In this document: in pieces, positions 45,187 through 55,100 of the stretch | Position numbering within the stretch: position 1 is the stretch's first letter | Layout: each line of letters starts with the position of its first letter | Source of the DNA: a virus | Lineage: Duplodnaviria; Caudoviricetes | Virus record (IMG/VR): IMGVR_UViG_3300030328_000649 | Span: 1-55,100 of that record | Reading direction: 5' to 3' (one strand) | Length of the DNA stretch: 55,100 nt | Made by a program: the position numbers and the translations under genes | The notes under the pieces: model-generated | The model's database searches: none | Told to the model about the DNA's origin: nothing | Seen by the model: only the letters and a program-made list of their open reading frames with translations

Positions 45187-47346
45187 TTAAGACCTAATAT
45201 TTATTAATTTTAACTCTGCGTCTTCTAATTGTTTTTCAAGCCTTAATCTCAAAGCTTGTGACAAATCTGTATTTTCTAATCGTTTTTTAAGATTAGGTAT
45301 AGTAGTACGTTCTAATCTTTCATCTTCAGGTGTAAACATGCTTTTAGCAGCAAGAATTGGATCCCAGAAAGTAGATGTTCCTGCTTCATCAATAATATTT
45401 TTTATAATTAATTCAGTTTCTTTTAATTGTTTTCTTGTATTTTTTATAGTAGAAGGTTTTTTATTAGCTTTCCAATTTTCATCATTTAACTTGTCAGAAA
45501 GATTTTTTGCTATTTTTATTTGTGTATTATAATTTTTTAATTCACTAGGCACAAACTTTTCTCTAGTTTTGTTGTCTGCAATATCAAAAATATTTACATC
45601 GACATCATCTACATCAGTACTAGATTGATTAGCAACTCTTTCTGCTTCAGTTAAATTAAACAATAAATCAGCTTGAGTGTCAGTTTGAGTATCTTCTGAA
45701 GTTGTAAACAATATTTTATTTTCTTTTTTAAAGTTTTCTACAGCAGCATTTATTATATTACTAAAACCAGTATAAGTGTTAAAAAGATCTGAATTGCTTT
45801 GTTTTATATTTTCAATTTCAACAAGTCGTTTTTTAGCATCACTAGGTTCGTTTATGTTATTACTATCATCCTTTAAAGTTTTTAATATGTATGTATACAA
45901 ATCACCTAATTCTACATTACGAGTATTTCCATTTATAGGGCTAGTAAAAGATATAATATCTTTTGGATTATAAACATCAAAATCTTTAGTTTGGCTATTA
46001 AAATCTACTACTCCTTTATTCTCTGCAATATTGTTAGCTATTATCTCAGATGCATCTGTTGGATCAGAAGCGTTATCAATATCAACTCCTAGTTGAATAT
46101 CTCTATCGTCTAAATCTAAAGGATTTGTTGCGTGTAGTTTTAATAATTTTTGAGTTGCAGCAATTATATAATCTGCATTTGCAATAGTTCGATATGGAGC
46201 ATCGTTTTCAACATCCCAATTTTCGTCAAAGTCTGTTTTTCTTAATTCAGTTGCTACGTTAATTACTTGTTGTCTCCATTTTTGTATAAACGGTTCAAAA
46301 CCATCTGGATTATTTTTGATAAGCGTAGGATTATTTTCAAACTCAGATGCCCAAAATACATTTTCTAATTGGTTATAACTATAAGAATTATTTCCTACAA
46401 CAAAATATCCACTTTTACCTTTCGGCTTCACATTTAAAGGACTGTTAGTAGCTGAAACATTTTGTGCAGTTCCTGCTGCAGTTCCCATTGCGTTTAATAT
46501 AATATTAAGAAAACTTTGATCTCCTTTAGTTTCTGTACTCATACCTTTTTTAACGTCTTTAAAACTTCCTATTACATTACTTAATGCAAATACCTGTTCG
46601 TCTATTTTTCTTGCTTTAGCTAGTTTTCTTGTTCTTGTTGCTATACCTTCTAAAAAGACTTTACGATCATTATAATCAGCATATCCTTCAGGAAGTTTTA
46701 AATAAACTTTTTTACCAGAATATTCTATTCCTGAGTCAACACTTTCTAAATTTGTACTAGGAACAATTCCTTGATTTTCTAAAAATACTGTACCTAAATT
46801 AGTTTTAGAACTAACTCTATCTTGTATTGTTTTTATTGATCTTGCTACAGGTGCGCTATACTTTGTTATAGCTTTTTCTTTAGTTAAATCTCTAGGAACA
46901 CCTCTTAAATCTGCATATAGCTCCATTTTTTGTCTTTCTAAAGGAAGACCTGCTTCTACATATTCATTTAAACGCTTATCAAATCTATCTTGATTATAAT
47001 CTGCATCTTTGTCTCTATTATAATGAGCCTTTAATGTTTTTTCTGCGTCTTTTCTATATGCTGTTTCCCAATCATCTTCCGAAACATTATAAGCTTTGTT
47101 TCTTTTATCCCAAGCATCCCAGAAATCATACTTTTCTGAAATCCATCTTGTATTTTGATCGGCTACAGGAATTAAAGAAAGATTTAACTCTTTCATTCTA
47201 TCTTTAGTTTTTTGTCTAGTTTTTAAATTATTAATTCCAATATAAGCTGCTCCCCCACCTACTAACGCAGTAGCAATAAGAGTATTTCTATTCCTCTTTT
47301 TTCCTTTTTTCATTTCAGCTTGATATAAATCATCCATTTTGCTCAT
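45187..47346 (-). CDS. Putative internal virion protein
   Basis: 719 aa with an N-terminal hydrophobic helix; synteny. Confidence 0.55.
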   Translation of the reverse strand: MSKMDDLYQAEMKKGKKRNRNTLIATALVGGGAAYIGINNLKTRQKTKDRMKELNLSLIPVADQNTRWISEKYDFWDAWDKRNKAYNVSEDDWETAYRKDAEKTLKAHYNRDKDADYNQDRFDKRLNEYVEAGLPLERQKMELYADLRGVPRDLTKEKAITKYSAPVARSIKTIQDRVSSKTNLGTVFLENQGIVPSTNLESVDSGIEYSGKKVYLKLPEGYADYNDRKVFLEGIATRTRKLAKARKIDEQVFALSNVIGSFKDVKKGMSTETKGDQSFLNIILNAMGTAAGTAQNVSATNSPLNVKPKGKSGYFVVGNNSYSYNQLENVFWASEFENNPTLIKNNPDGFEPFIQKWRQQVINVATELRKTDFDENWDVENDAPYRTIANADYIIAATQKLLKLHATNPLDLDDRDIQLGVDIDNASDPTDASEIIANNIAENKGVVDFNSQTKDFDVYNPKDIISFTSPINGNTRNVELGDLYTYILKTLKDDSNNINEPSDAKKRLVEIENIKQSNSDLFNTYTGFSNIINAAVENFKKENKILFTTSEDTQTDTQADLLFNLTEAERVANQSSTDVDDVDVNIFDIADNKTREKFVPSELKNYNTQIKIAKNLSDKLNDENWKANKKPSTIKNTRKQLKETELIIKNIIDEAGTSTFWDPILAAKSMFTPEDERLERTTIPNLKKRLENTDLSQALRLRLEKQLEDAELKLINIRS

Positions 47347-47969
47347 GCGCTAACTCCTTTGTCTAATAAGTTTTTTTGAGAAACATTTTCTATTTCTTCT
47401 TGTTCTGGAGCTTCCAATAAACTAGGTTTTTTAGGAGGAATAAACTCTTCTATTTTTTTAGAAATATTATCAGGAATAGATTTTTTTGAAAGTTTAGGAA
47501 CAACTGTTTTTTGCATTGCTTCTATTGCTTTATTTAAACCTTTAACTTGTTCTTCTTGAGAAGAAGGTTCTTCATTTTGTTCTTTGTATATTTTTACATC
47601 TTGAATACCTGCTCTTTCTGCTAACGATAATACCATATACATAACAGGCTCTACTAATAAAAGCATTAAATCAGGATTCCACATACCTTTAGTAAATCCA
47701 TCATAAAGAATAATTTGAGTAACTTCTCCTACAGATAAATTATTTCTAAGTAAATTAATAATAGAAAAAAACATTTCGTCTTCTGTTAACTCAAGAAAAG
47801 TAGCTTCAATAGCAGGCTGTAATTCAGTAAACTCTGGAGGACTTTCCCACGGATATTGCTGATCAGGGCTATTAACTAAAGATTGTCCTGCTATAGGTTG
47901 TTCTTTAGTTGCTAAAGTTTCTAAACCTTCCAGCTCATAATCTTTATATTTATTATCTAGTTGTTCCAT
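47343..47969 (-). CDS. Hypothetical late protein
   Basis: PIAGQSL...YPWESPP...GFTKGMWNPDLMLLL. Confidence 0.65.
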   Translation of the reverse strand: MEQLDNKYKDYELEGLETLATKEQPIAGQSLVNSPDQQYPWESPPEFTELQPAIEATFLELTEDEMFFSIINLLRNNLSVGEVTQIILYDGFTKGMWNPDLMLLLVEPVMYMVLSLAERAGIQDVKIYKEQNEEPSSQEEQVKGLNKAIEAMQKTVVPKLSKKSIPDNISKKIEEFIPPKKPSLLEAPEQEEIENVSQKNLLDKGVSA

Positions 47970-47972
47970 TTT

Positions 47973-48770
47973 TTATTTCCCAGTTAATATTATACCATCT
48001 TCAAGTTCTTTAAAAAAATCATAGTATTCACTTTGACCAAAACTAGAATTTTTAACGCTGTCCATATAATCATAGTTACCATAATAAAATCCTTCATTAA
48101 CTAATTTTAAATTACTTGCTCTTTGTGCAGGAGTTCTATTAGCTATAAAATTAAAAGCTTTTCCATTTCCTAAATCTCCAGAAGTATAAGAATTTCTAGT
48201 AGACGATTTTAAATCTATTTGATCGTCTAATAATTTTCTACTTTGATCTTCGATCAAATCTTTAGTTTTACCTAAAAAACTTTTACTTTCTTTATTATCA
48301 GAATATGTATTATCAACTATTTCATCTGCAATATTTGTGTCTGTATCAACAGAAAAATCAACTATATCTTCATCTAAAGTAGAATCTTTTATAATAAAAT
48401 CTTTAGGTTGTTTTTCTTGTCCTTTTACCCAGTCTAAACCTTGATTAACTTTATCTGTTACAAAAGATTTTGCAATGTTGTATCCATTTTGAACAGAAGT
48501 TGCTCCTTTGTGAATACCTGTCATAAGATAACCTGCTGTTTTTCTAGCAATACTTTCATCTTTTCCTAAATTAATAGCTGTCTGTGCAAACCATCCTGAA
48601 GGATCAGTTAATCCATTAAAAACAGTACTGATAGTCCATGGCATTAGCATACTTAAACCTATAGTTCCTAAAACTCCTAAAGATTTTGATCCAAAAACAT
48701 CTCCTACTTTTTCTACAGTTCTGTTTATTTCTTTACCTACTCTTCGTATAGTTTTTCTAATCCATCCCAT
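47973..48770 (-). CDS. Putative internal virion protein
   Basis: Likely start MGWIRK (GGAGGA RBS); amphipathic then hydrophobic N-terminus. Confidence 0.6.
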   Translation of the reverse strand: MGWIRKTIRRVGKEINRTVEKVGDVFGSKSLGVLGTIGLSMLMPWTISTVFNGLTDPSGWFAQTAINLGKDESIARKTAGYLMTGIHKGATSVQNGYNIAKSFVTDKVNQGLDWVKGQEKQPKDFIIKDSTLDEDIVDFSVDTDTNIADEIVDNTYSDNKESKSFLGKTKDLIEDQSRKLLDDQIDLKSSTRNSYTSGDLGNGKAFNFIANRTPAQRASNLKLVNEGFYYGNYDYMDSVKNSSFGQSEYYDFFKELEDGIILTGK

Positions 48771-48774
48771 TTTA

Positions 48775-51700
48775 TTATCCTCCAGCTTTGTCTGAAGCTG
48801 TATATTGTGTTTTTGAAGTTCCTGACCACATAGTAGAAAGAACTGCTCCAACTGTTCTTATGTTTTCAGCCATAGAAGCTGCTGAAGAAGCTTGATTAGC
48901 TAAAGATTGTATATAAATCTGAGCTGTTCTATCTTCTTCATTTTGAACAGCTTGAAAATCAAAAGCAGCTTGATCTCTTAACTCTTGCCAAAGAAAAGCT
49001 AATGATTGTCCGTTTAAATTAAAAGCGTTCATTGCATTTTGCATAGCAACTTGATTAGCTGCTGCAGTATTAATTGTATTAGCTTGTCTTCTCCAAGCTA
49101 TGTTAGATTGTTCTACAGCTTGTGCGTTAGCTGCGTTCCATTGGTTTCTATTAAAAGCTAGTTGAGAATTAAATTTATTTATGTCTGTTTCCATTGCAGC
49201 TTTAGCTTTATTTAAATCTGCTTCAACTTGAAACTCTGTTGCTGCTGCTGCATTTGCTTGTTGTGCGTTAAACTGAGAAATACTATTTGCTGCTGCTGTG
49301 TTTGTTAGTTCTATTTGTTGTGAAAGTCCTGCCATAAACTGTTGTGTTTGATTTTCACTTGTAGCGTTAAACTGTCTTGCAGCATTTATAGCTGACTGAT
49401 TAGATAACATACTTTGTTGATTAATCTGCGCAGACAATATAGTTGCTTGTTGACTGTTACTAAGATTAGCCATGTCCATACCAAGAAAAGCTTGTGCATT
49501 TTGTATTTGTGCTTTTTGATAAAAATCAGCATCAGCTAAATTCATTTGAGCAGTAATGGCAGCATTTTGAATAGCTGTTTGTTGTCTATTACTTGCTTCA
49601 GTTAAACTTACAGTTTGTAAAAATTTACTATTAGATAAAGCTGTTTGTTGATCTGCGCTAAACTGTGCCATATCCATTTGAAATACATTAGAAGCATTTT
49701 GCAAAGCTGTTTGCTGTCTTGCTTGAGCATTAAATATTTCTTCTCTAGATTCTATTTCTCTTGACTGAGCTACACTTTGTTGTATTGCTTGTGCATTAGA
49801 TTGTGCAATTGGAACAGCAGATTGTATTATAGCATTAAATAGATTATCTCTGCCTACTGTAGAAGCCGATAAACCTCTTTGAGCTAACATCTGTTCTACT
49901 GCTGCAACTGCAGGACTAGCCCATGTAGGTATTTCTCCGCTTTCCATACCTTTTAAAAGACTGTCAAGTTGGTTAGATACTAAAGCTTCTTCAGGTAAAT
50001 CTCCAATAACTCCTCGTTCTTGCTCTGTAAGATCCATTAAACGATCTTCAAGAGCTTCTGGATTGTTACCTAAATCTGTAATAGCTTGTTCAGATATACC
50101 TGCGTTACGAAGCTGTTTCTTAGCTCTTGTAACTCTTGATAAAGTTGTACCTGCTGCTTGAGCTGCTATAGCTGTAGCATTAGGACTAAGCGTACCAACT
50201 ACTCTTTGTGTTAAAGCACCTTCTGGTATTTCAACAGTAGCTGCTTGTATTGGAGCAACCCTATCTACTTGTGCAGCTTTAGCAAGAGCATCATCACCTA
50301 TTGCACCTTGTTGTCCAGCTATTAAAGTTTCTGTTCCTACTTGAGCTGCTTCCATTTGTGCAGCAGGTAACATAGCTTGTTGTTGTGCTTGTGTAAGAGT
50401 AGCGTCTTGTAGATCCATTGACATAGGAGCAGCTATATCTGTAGCAGTAGCAGGAAGAGACGTATCAATAGGTACTTCTATTCTTTCTCCGTTTGGACCA
50501 TACGCATACTTCATTCCTTCACTAGGCATAACTTGTGTATAAATACCATCAGCAGGAGGTTCAAAACTATATCCTGAAGGTAAAGGACTAGATATAGTTT
50601 GAATATCTTGTTGTGGAGTTATTCCTAATGAAGTATCAATATCAGTCGGTGCAGGTATTTGCGGTCCTTGTGCTGTTCCTTCAACAATATCTATAGCTCT
50701 TTGTCTAGAAAGATTATCTCCAGAAACTCCAATACCACCTGTACCACCTGTATTATCTGTACCACCTGTACTACCTGTATCTTGTCCTCCACCTATATTT
50801 TTAAAAGCTTCAGAATTAGAAACAGGAGTAGTTGCTGCAGGTGACATTGTTCCTCCTGCTAATTCTGAACCTATTCTCGCTCTTTGTTCTGCTAACAACT
50901 GTTGAGTTTCTTCTGGTGTATATTTTTTCCAAGTTCCAGCATCCATTTTTTCTTTTTGTCGCATTGCATCAAACTCAGCATCTCTCTTTGCTTTGTCTAT
51001 ATCATACTGTCCTGATTCTGTATATGCATCTCTACTAGATTCAAAAGAAGATCCTACACCGCTATATAAATAAGCAGCAGGGCTAATACTAGCTGCAGCT
51101 AATCCTTCCCCTATAGCTACTTGACCTTTAGCTTTGCCACTAGTTGTTCCTTGAATACCATATCCTTTAGTACCAAAAGATGGTGTTCCTGAACCTGCTT
51201 CTGCTGCTGCTGCTTCTTCGGCTTTAATTGTTTCTCTAGCTTCATCTCTTGCTTGCGCTACTTGTTCAGGTGTAAAACCTGCTGCAATAGCTTGGTCTGC
51301 TAAATCTTGTTGAAAATTTGCTAAAGCTTCGTTGGTAAATAATCCTCTAAAAAGATCTCCTACTCCTGCAAGAAACGCACCAAAAAAAGAAGGTCCTTTT
51401 TCTATAGCTGTTTTAACGATTGTACTTGCAGGATTTGTAGCAAGATCAATAGCAAAATCTGGTCCGTTTTTTACTATTGTATCTTTAAGACCTTCTATAA
51501 TTCCTTTACTTTCAATGTTTTTTGAAGCTTCTTGTTGAGCTTGTTCAAAAGCAAAAGCTTGTTCTGGATCTAACATATCATATTTTTGAATAGGTTCTTG
51601 ATCAATCATATTCATCATACCGCCAGCATCAACAGTATAAGGAGTTTTTGCATCTCCTTTAAAAGGTATATTTAAATAAGTTGCAGGTCTACTAGGAGTA

Positions 51701-52074
51701 GAAGGAGCAGGAGTACCTGTACCCATATCAGAAGGAAAAGCTATACTTCCAAGTTTAGGAGCAATGTTACCTATTGTTCCTCTTAAATCTCTATCATCAG
51801 GATCAAAAGATCTGTATGGAGCTTGTCTTTGTGGTGGCTGTTGAACAGGAGCAGGTCGAGATACAGGTTGTTGAACAGGTTTAGAAGCTGCAGTTTTTAC
51901 AGGAGCTTTAGAAGTTCCTTGATGTGCAGGATCGTTTCTCCATTGTTCAAGAGCTACTTGATACTCATCACCTGAATCATAATCTCTACGACTAGGTCTT
52001 CCTCCGTGTGCGTATTTAACTCTACCGCCTTTACGATAATCTGCTCTCTTCTTCTTATATCTTTTCCTTGCCAT
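48775..52074 (-). CDS. Large Gln/Ala-rich putative ejection (DNA-pilot-like) protein
   Basis: 1099 aa; basic N-terminus, low-complexity middle, Q/A/N-rich helical C-terminal third. Confidence 0.65.
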   Translation of the reverse strand: MARKRYKKKRADYRKGGRVKYAHGGRPSRRDYDSGDEYQVALEQWRNDPAHQGTSKAPVKTAASKPVQQPVSRPAPVQQPPQRQAPYRSFDPDDRDLRGTIGNIAPKLGSIAFPSDMGTGTPAPSTPSRPATYLNIPFKGDAKTPYTVDAGGMMNMIDQEPIQKYDMLDPEQAFAFEQAQQEASKNIESKGIIEGLKDTIVKNGPDFAIDLATNPASTIVKTAIEKGPSFFGAFLAGVGDLFRGLFTNEALANFQQDLADQAIAAGFTPEQVAQARDEARETIKAEEAAAAEAGSGTPSFGTKGYGIQGTTSGKAKGQVAIGEGLAAASISPAAYLYSGVGSSFESSRDAYTESGQYDIDKAKRDAEFDAMRQKEKMDAGTWKKYTPEETQQLLAEQRARIGSELAGGTMSPAATTPVSNSEAFKNIGGGQDTGSTGGTDNTGGTGGIGVSGDNLSRQRAIDIVEGTAQGPQIPAPTDIDTSLGITPQQDIQTISSPLPSGYSFEPPADGIYTQVMPSEGMKYAYGPNGERIEVPIDTSLPATATDIAAPMSMDLQDATLTQAQQQAMLPAAQMEAAQVGTETLIAGQQGAIGDDALAKAAQVDRVAPIQAATVEIPEGALTQRVVGTLSPNATAIAAQAAGTTLSRVTRAKKQLRNAGISEQAITDLGNNPEALEDRLMDLTEQERGVIGDLPEEALVSNQLDSLLKGMESGEIPTWASPAVAAVEQMLAQRGLSASTVGRDNLFNAIIQSAVPIAQSNAQAIQQSVAQSREIESREEIFNAQARQQTALQNASNVFQMDMAQFSADQQTALSNSKFLQTVSLTEASNRQQTAIQNAAITAQMNLADADFYQKAQIQNAQAFLGMDMANLSNSQQATILSAQINQQSMLSNQSAINAARQFNATSENQTQQFMAGLSQQIELTNTAAANSISQFNAQQANAAAATEFQVEADLNKAKAAMETDINKFNSQLAFNRNQWNAANAQAVEQSNIAWRRQANTINTAAANQVAMQNAMNAFNLNGQSLAFLWQELRDQAAFDFQAVQNEEDRTAQIYIQSLANQASSAASMAENIRTVGAVLSTMWSGTSKTQYTASDKAGG

Positions 52075-52082
52075 ATTAATTC

Positions 52083-52322
52083 CTAATTAGTTTTAACTTC
52101 AAAAAGTTTGTCAAGTTTTGCTTCAAGCTTATTAAGCATACGAATAACACGATCCGTATTGTTTTCCATTTCGTCTTTGGTAACGTAGTTCTTAGCGACT
52201 TCTTCTCTAGTCTTATTTAGAAGTACATCGATTCTTTTAAGCTCTACAAAGTTCTGTCGTATACTGTAAACTATTGGAGCTATAACAATAGTAAGTAATA
52301 AATTCCACATTTCTAAATCCAT
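52083..52322 (-). CDS. Small membrane protein with a coiled coil
   Basis: N-terminal TM; TREEVAKNYVTK. Confidence 0.65.
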   Translation of the reverse strand: MDLEMWNLLLTIVIAPIVYSIRQNFVELKRIDVLLNKTREEVAKNYVTKDEMENNTDRVIRMLNKLEAKLDKLFEVKTN

Positions 52323-52323
52323 A

Positions 52324-53007
52324 TTATGCTACCTGCATATCCCAACAATTTAAATTAGCTGCTACTGTTCTACGTTCACCTTTACCTTGAAAAGGATAGA
52401 CCATATGTTGTAACCAACTTGGGAACATATAGAGCTTTCCTACCTGTGGTTGTATTACAAAGCTCTGTGGAGGCTTTAAAATCTCTACGTCTGTAACGTG
52501 TTGCTGTCCATAATTAAAAGCTAAGTAACCGTCACAATCTCCACTAGCGTTATATAGATTATATTCAGACGTACCTGCTGTAGGTTGATCTAATATTTGC
52601 TGTGGTACTTTAGTCCAAGTTGTGCAAGAAATACCCATTAGTGTTTTAGTTCCGTGACTATGTATTGGGTTATAGTCTCTTTCGTAACTGTGTACTGACC
52701 AAAGTTCATCCATTTCTACACGCTTGTTAGTCTTGTAAGTTGCACCAGTAGCCTGAGAAAATCTATTAATATACTCAGCTCCTAGTCCACATAACATATT
52801 AGTAAACTCTACAATCTTTTCATTGTTATGATCCATTAACAGTTGTTGTCCGTGTTGTATCTGTCCAACAAGTGTGCTTGCTAGTGACTTACGACCTTTT
52901 TCTTTTAGATAAGCATCTAAGTAGGTATTAAGATCTGTCACTATCTCTTCTGGTATGTCGTGTTCTAGTACAAAAACACTAGGCATACCGTGAATTTGAG
53001 TAGTCAT
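52324..53007 (-). CDS. 2OG-Fe(II) oxygenase-like protein
   Basis: YNPIHSH, FPSWLQHMVYPF, ERRTVAAN. Confidence 0.8.
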   Translation of the reverse strand: MTTQIHGMPSVFVLEHDIPEEIVTDLNTYLDAYLKEKGRKSLASTLVGQIQHGQQLLMDHNNEKIVEFTNMLCGLGAEYINRFSQATGATYKTNKRVEMDELWSVHSYERDYNPIHSHGTKTLMGISCTTWTKVPQQILDQPTAGTSEYNLYNASGDCDGYLAFNYGQQHVTDVEILKPPQSFVIQPQVGKLYMFPSWLQHMVYPFQGKGERRTVAANLNCWDMQVA

Positions 53008-53008
53008 A

Positions 53009-53353
53009 TTAACTAGGTACTGAGAAAGATTCGTCTGCTGTAGGATTCACTACTGGATTAGTAATAACTGAATCTACTTGACTAGCAAAAACTGCATCCC
53101 AATGTGAAACAGGACAAAGTGCTGTAAGGTCTGATAAACTAAAAGCTCCTTTAGCCTGTAGTGTATAGTTAGTTTTAGATGCTTTATCAGCGTCAGTATA
53201 TGCTTGATCTACAATATGAGTAAATACAGTTTTGTAGTATGTTGCATCGCCTTCACTATTGTTTTCGTATGTCATCTCTAAAGACCATTTAGCTACTTTG
53301 CTATTAGCATCTTCATAAGGTACAGCTTTCGTTATTTTTTTTGTTACTGCCAT
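53009..53353 (-). CDS. Hypothetical protein, fibre-adjacent
   Basis: 114-aa ORF with a GAGGA RBS. Confidence 0.65.
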   Translation of the reverse strand: MAVTKKITKAVPYEDANSKVAKWSLEMTYENNSEGDATYYKTVFTHIVDQAYTDADKASKTNYTLQAKGAFSLSDLTALCPVSHWDAVFASQVDSVITNPVVNPTADESFSVPS

Positions 53354-53354
53354 T

Positions 53355-55100
53355 TTATTTTTCCTCGTTAAGTTTTGTTTCTAATTCTTCAACTTTTGCC
53401 GAAAGTTCTTGTACTGCTTTTACTAAACTTGGAATAAATTTAGTATATTTTAAAGAGTATTGTTTACCATCATCACTTAAACGTGTAGCAAGATTTGTAT
53501 TGTCTTGCATATTATAACCATACTCAGCTTCTAGTTTTTCAACATCTTGTGCTAAAAATCCAATATCTAACCAATCTTCTTTATATGTACCATCAGGTGT
53601 TTGATCGTTTAAATTATAATCATCAGCAGTCTTATTACCATACTTAGAACGCTTATCCCAACGATAAGTAACTGGTTCTAGTTTATTAACAAAATCTAAA
53701 CCTGTTTTAATAGGCTCTACATCTGTTTTATCTCTTGCATCAGATGCTACTGTCCAATCTGTTTGTATATGACACGCACCGATATTTTCATCACCTAAAC
53801 AGATAACATTACTACCTGTTGTAACAGCTCCTCCCGGACTTCCTGTTCTTCCAGCTTCTGTTCCCAAAAATAAATTATTACTGCCTGTAGTTAGTTGATA
53901 GCCAGCCGCATAACCAAGTGCTGTATTATTTTGTCCAGTTGAACAAGCTTCTAAAGAAGCAGAACCAGCTGCTGTATTACCGTCATTTGTAGCTACCAAT
54001 AATGCTTTATAACCTAATGCTGTGTTATTTCCAGCTGTTACAGTCGCTGATAAAGCCATATAACCTATTCCTGTGTTAGCTCCAGCCGTTGTGTTTGCAT
54101 CTAAAGCAGCAGAACCCATCGCAGTATTTGAAGCACCAGTTGTATTCGCACCTAAAGCATAATAACCTACTGCTGTATTTTCATTTGATGTAGTAGCTAA
54201 TCTTAAAGATTCATAACCAACAGCAGTATTATAGTTTCCAGTAGAGAGTGTTCTTAAAGAACCTGATCCGACTGCTGTGTTCTCAGTTCCTGTGTTTGCT
54301 CCTAAAGCCTCTGCACCGATTGCTGTGTTGTTTGAAGCTGTAGTGTTTGCGTCTAATGCTCCAGAACCCACCGCCACGTTACTTGTACCAGTTGTATTAG
54401 ATAACATCGCTTGAAAACCGACTGCCGTGTTTATTTCTGCTGTCGTATTAGCTGAAAGAGCATTGTGTCCAATAGCTGTATTTCCATCAGCAGTTGTTGT
54501 TGCATCTCCAGCAAGCGAACCTAAAAATACATTTCTATTTCCTGTAGTAATAGATAATCCAGCATCAGTACCTATAGCTATATTATAGGTATTTGCAGTA
54601 TCTCCATCTTGTGCAGTTAAGGCACGATAACCTATTGCAATAGAGTCGCTTCTAGTATCTTCTGTAGCTAATGCTGCTGAACCCACCGCGACATTGTTTG
54701 CACCTGTCGTTAAAGCTCCGCCAGCACTATCTCCGATTAATGTGTTATCTGAACCTGTTGTTACTGCATCTCCAGCTTGAAAACCGACTGCTACGTTGTC
54801 AACACCAGTAGTTGCAGCAGTTAAGGCTTGATAGCCAACCGCTACGTTGCCAGCATCTGCACCAGCATTTAATGTTGCTAACGCTGCTGATCCTACTGCT
54901 ACGTTCTGTCCATTACCATCTTCAGTAGCTAATGCACCAGAGCCAACTGCAGTATTATCGCTACCAGTTGTTATTGCGCCACCAGCATTATCGCCAATTG
55001 CAGTATTATCTGAGCCAGTTGTTACTGCATCAAGTGAGGCTTCACCTACTGCTACGTTATCTGTTCCTGTCGTTAAAGCTGAACCTAATGAGCCAGATCC
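53355..55100 (-). CDS. Tail fibre/spike repeat protein with a peptidase S74-like chaperone (5'-truncated)
   Basis: The frame is open from the right edge (GSGSLGSALTTGTDNVAVG...); ASDARDK and GFLAQD motifs. The ORF-track start at 54686 is internal. Confidence 0.85.
   Translation of the reverse strand, partial: GSGSLGSALTTGTDNVAVGEASLDAVTTGSDNTAIGDNAGGAITTGSDNTAVGSGALATEDGNGQNVAVGSAALATLNAGADAGNVAVGYQALTAATTGVDNVAVGFQAGDAVTTGSDNTLIGDSAGGALTTGANNVAVGSAALATEDTRSDSIAIGYRALTAQDGDTANTYNIAIGTDAGLSITTGNRNVFLGSLAGDATTTADGNTAIGHNALSANTTAEINTAVGFQAMLSNTTGTSNVAVGSGALDANTTASNNTAIGAEALGANTGTENTAVGSGSLRTLSTGNYNTAVGYESLRLATTSNENTAVGYYALGANTTGASNTAMGSAALDANTTAGANTGIGYMALSATVTAGNNTALGYKALLVATNDGNTAAGSASLEACSTGQNNTALGYAAGYQLTTGSNNLFLGTEAGRTGSPGGAVTTGSNVICLGDENIGACHIQTDWTVASDARDKTDVEPIKTGLDFVNKLEPVTYRWDKRSKYGNKTADDYNLNDQTPDGTYKEDWLDIGFLAQDVEKLEAEYGYNMQDNTNLATRLSDDGKQYSLKYTKFIPSLVKAVQELSAKVEELETKLNEEK

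Noticed and set aside
54449-55100. Terminal direct repeat proving a complete circular genome
   Set aside because: The match is imperfect and not at the extreme right end, so it does not show circularity.

Overview
This is a 55.1 kb AT-rich stretch of a tailed dsDNA phage genome, podovirus-like and probably marine. It is likely near-complete and circularly permuted, because both ends fall inside repetitive tail-fibre genes. The minus strand from ~17.9 kb leftwards carries packaging, head and tail genes: terS-like, terL, portal, scaffold, major capsid, adaptor, nozzle and fibres. The plus strand from 18.6 to 35.7 kb carries many small early genes, then a T7-like replication module (SSB, primase-helicase, PolA, nucleases, class II RNR). 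The minus strand from 35.7 to 55.1 kb carries Hsp20, a curli-like module (CsgF, CsgG, curlin-like protein, FecR-domain protein), lysis genes, internal virion proteins, a 2OG-Fe(II) oxygenase and another fibre. I recognised no RNA polymerase, integrase, reverse transcriptase, tRNA or CRISPR array; several near-consensus sigma70 promoters are present. The most notable observations are: (1) a phage-encoded type VIII/curli secretion-like cassette with a FecR-curlin fusion; (2) an RNA-level regulatory layer, including a stem-loop whose loop is complementary to the primase start site and early-gene RBSs, a promoter-to-terminator sRNA, a ROSE-like thermometer on hsp20 and repeated hairpins before the scaffold gene; (3) an early gene bracketed by 29-bp inverted repeats; (4) a gene overprinted on the portal C-terminus. 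All product calls come from motif recognition by eye, not database searches.
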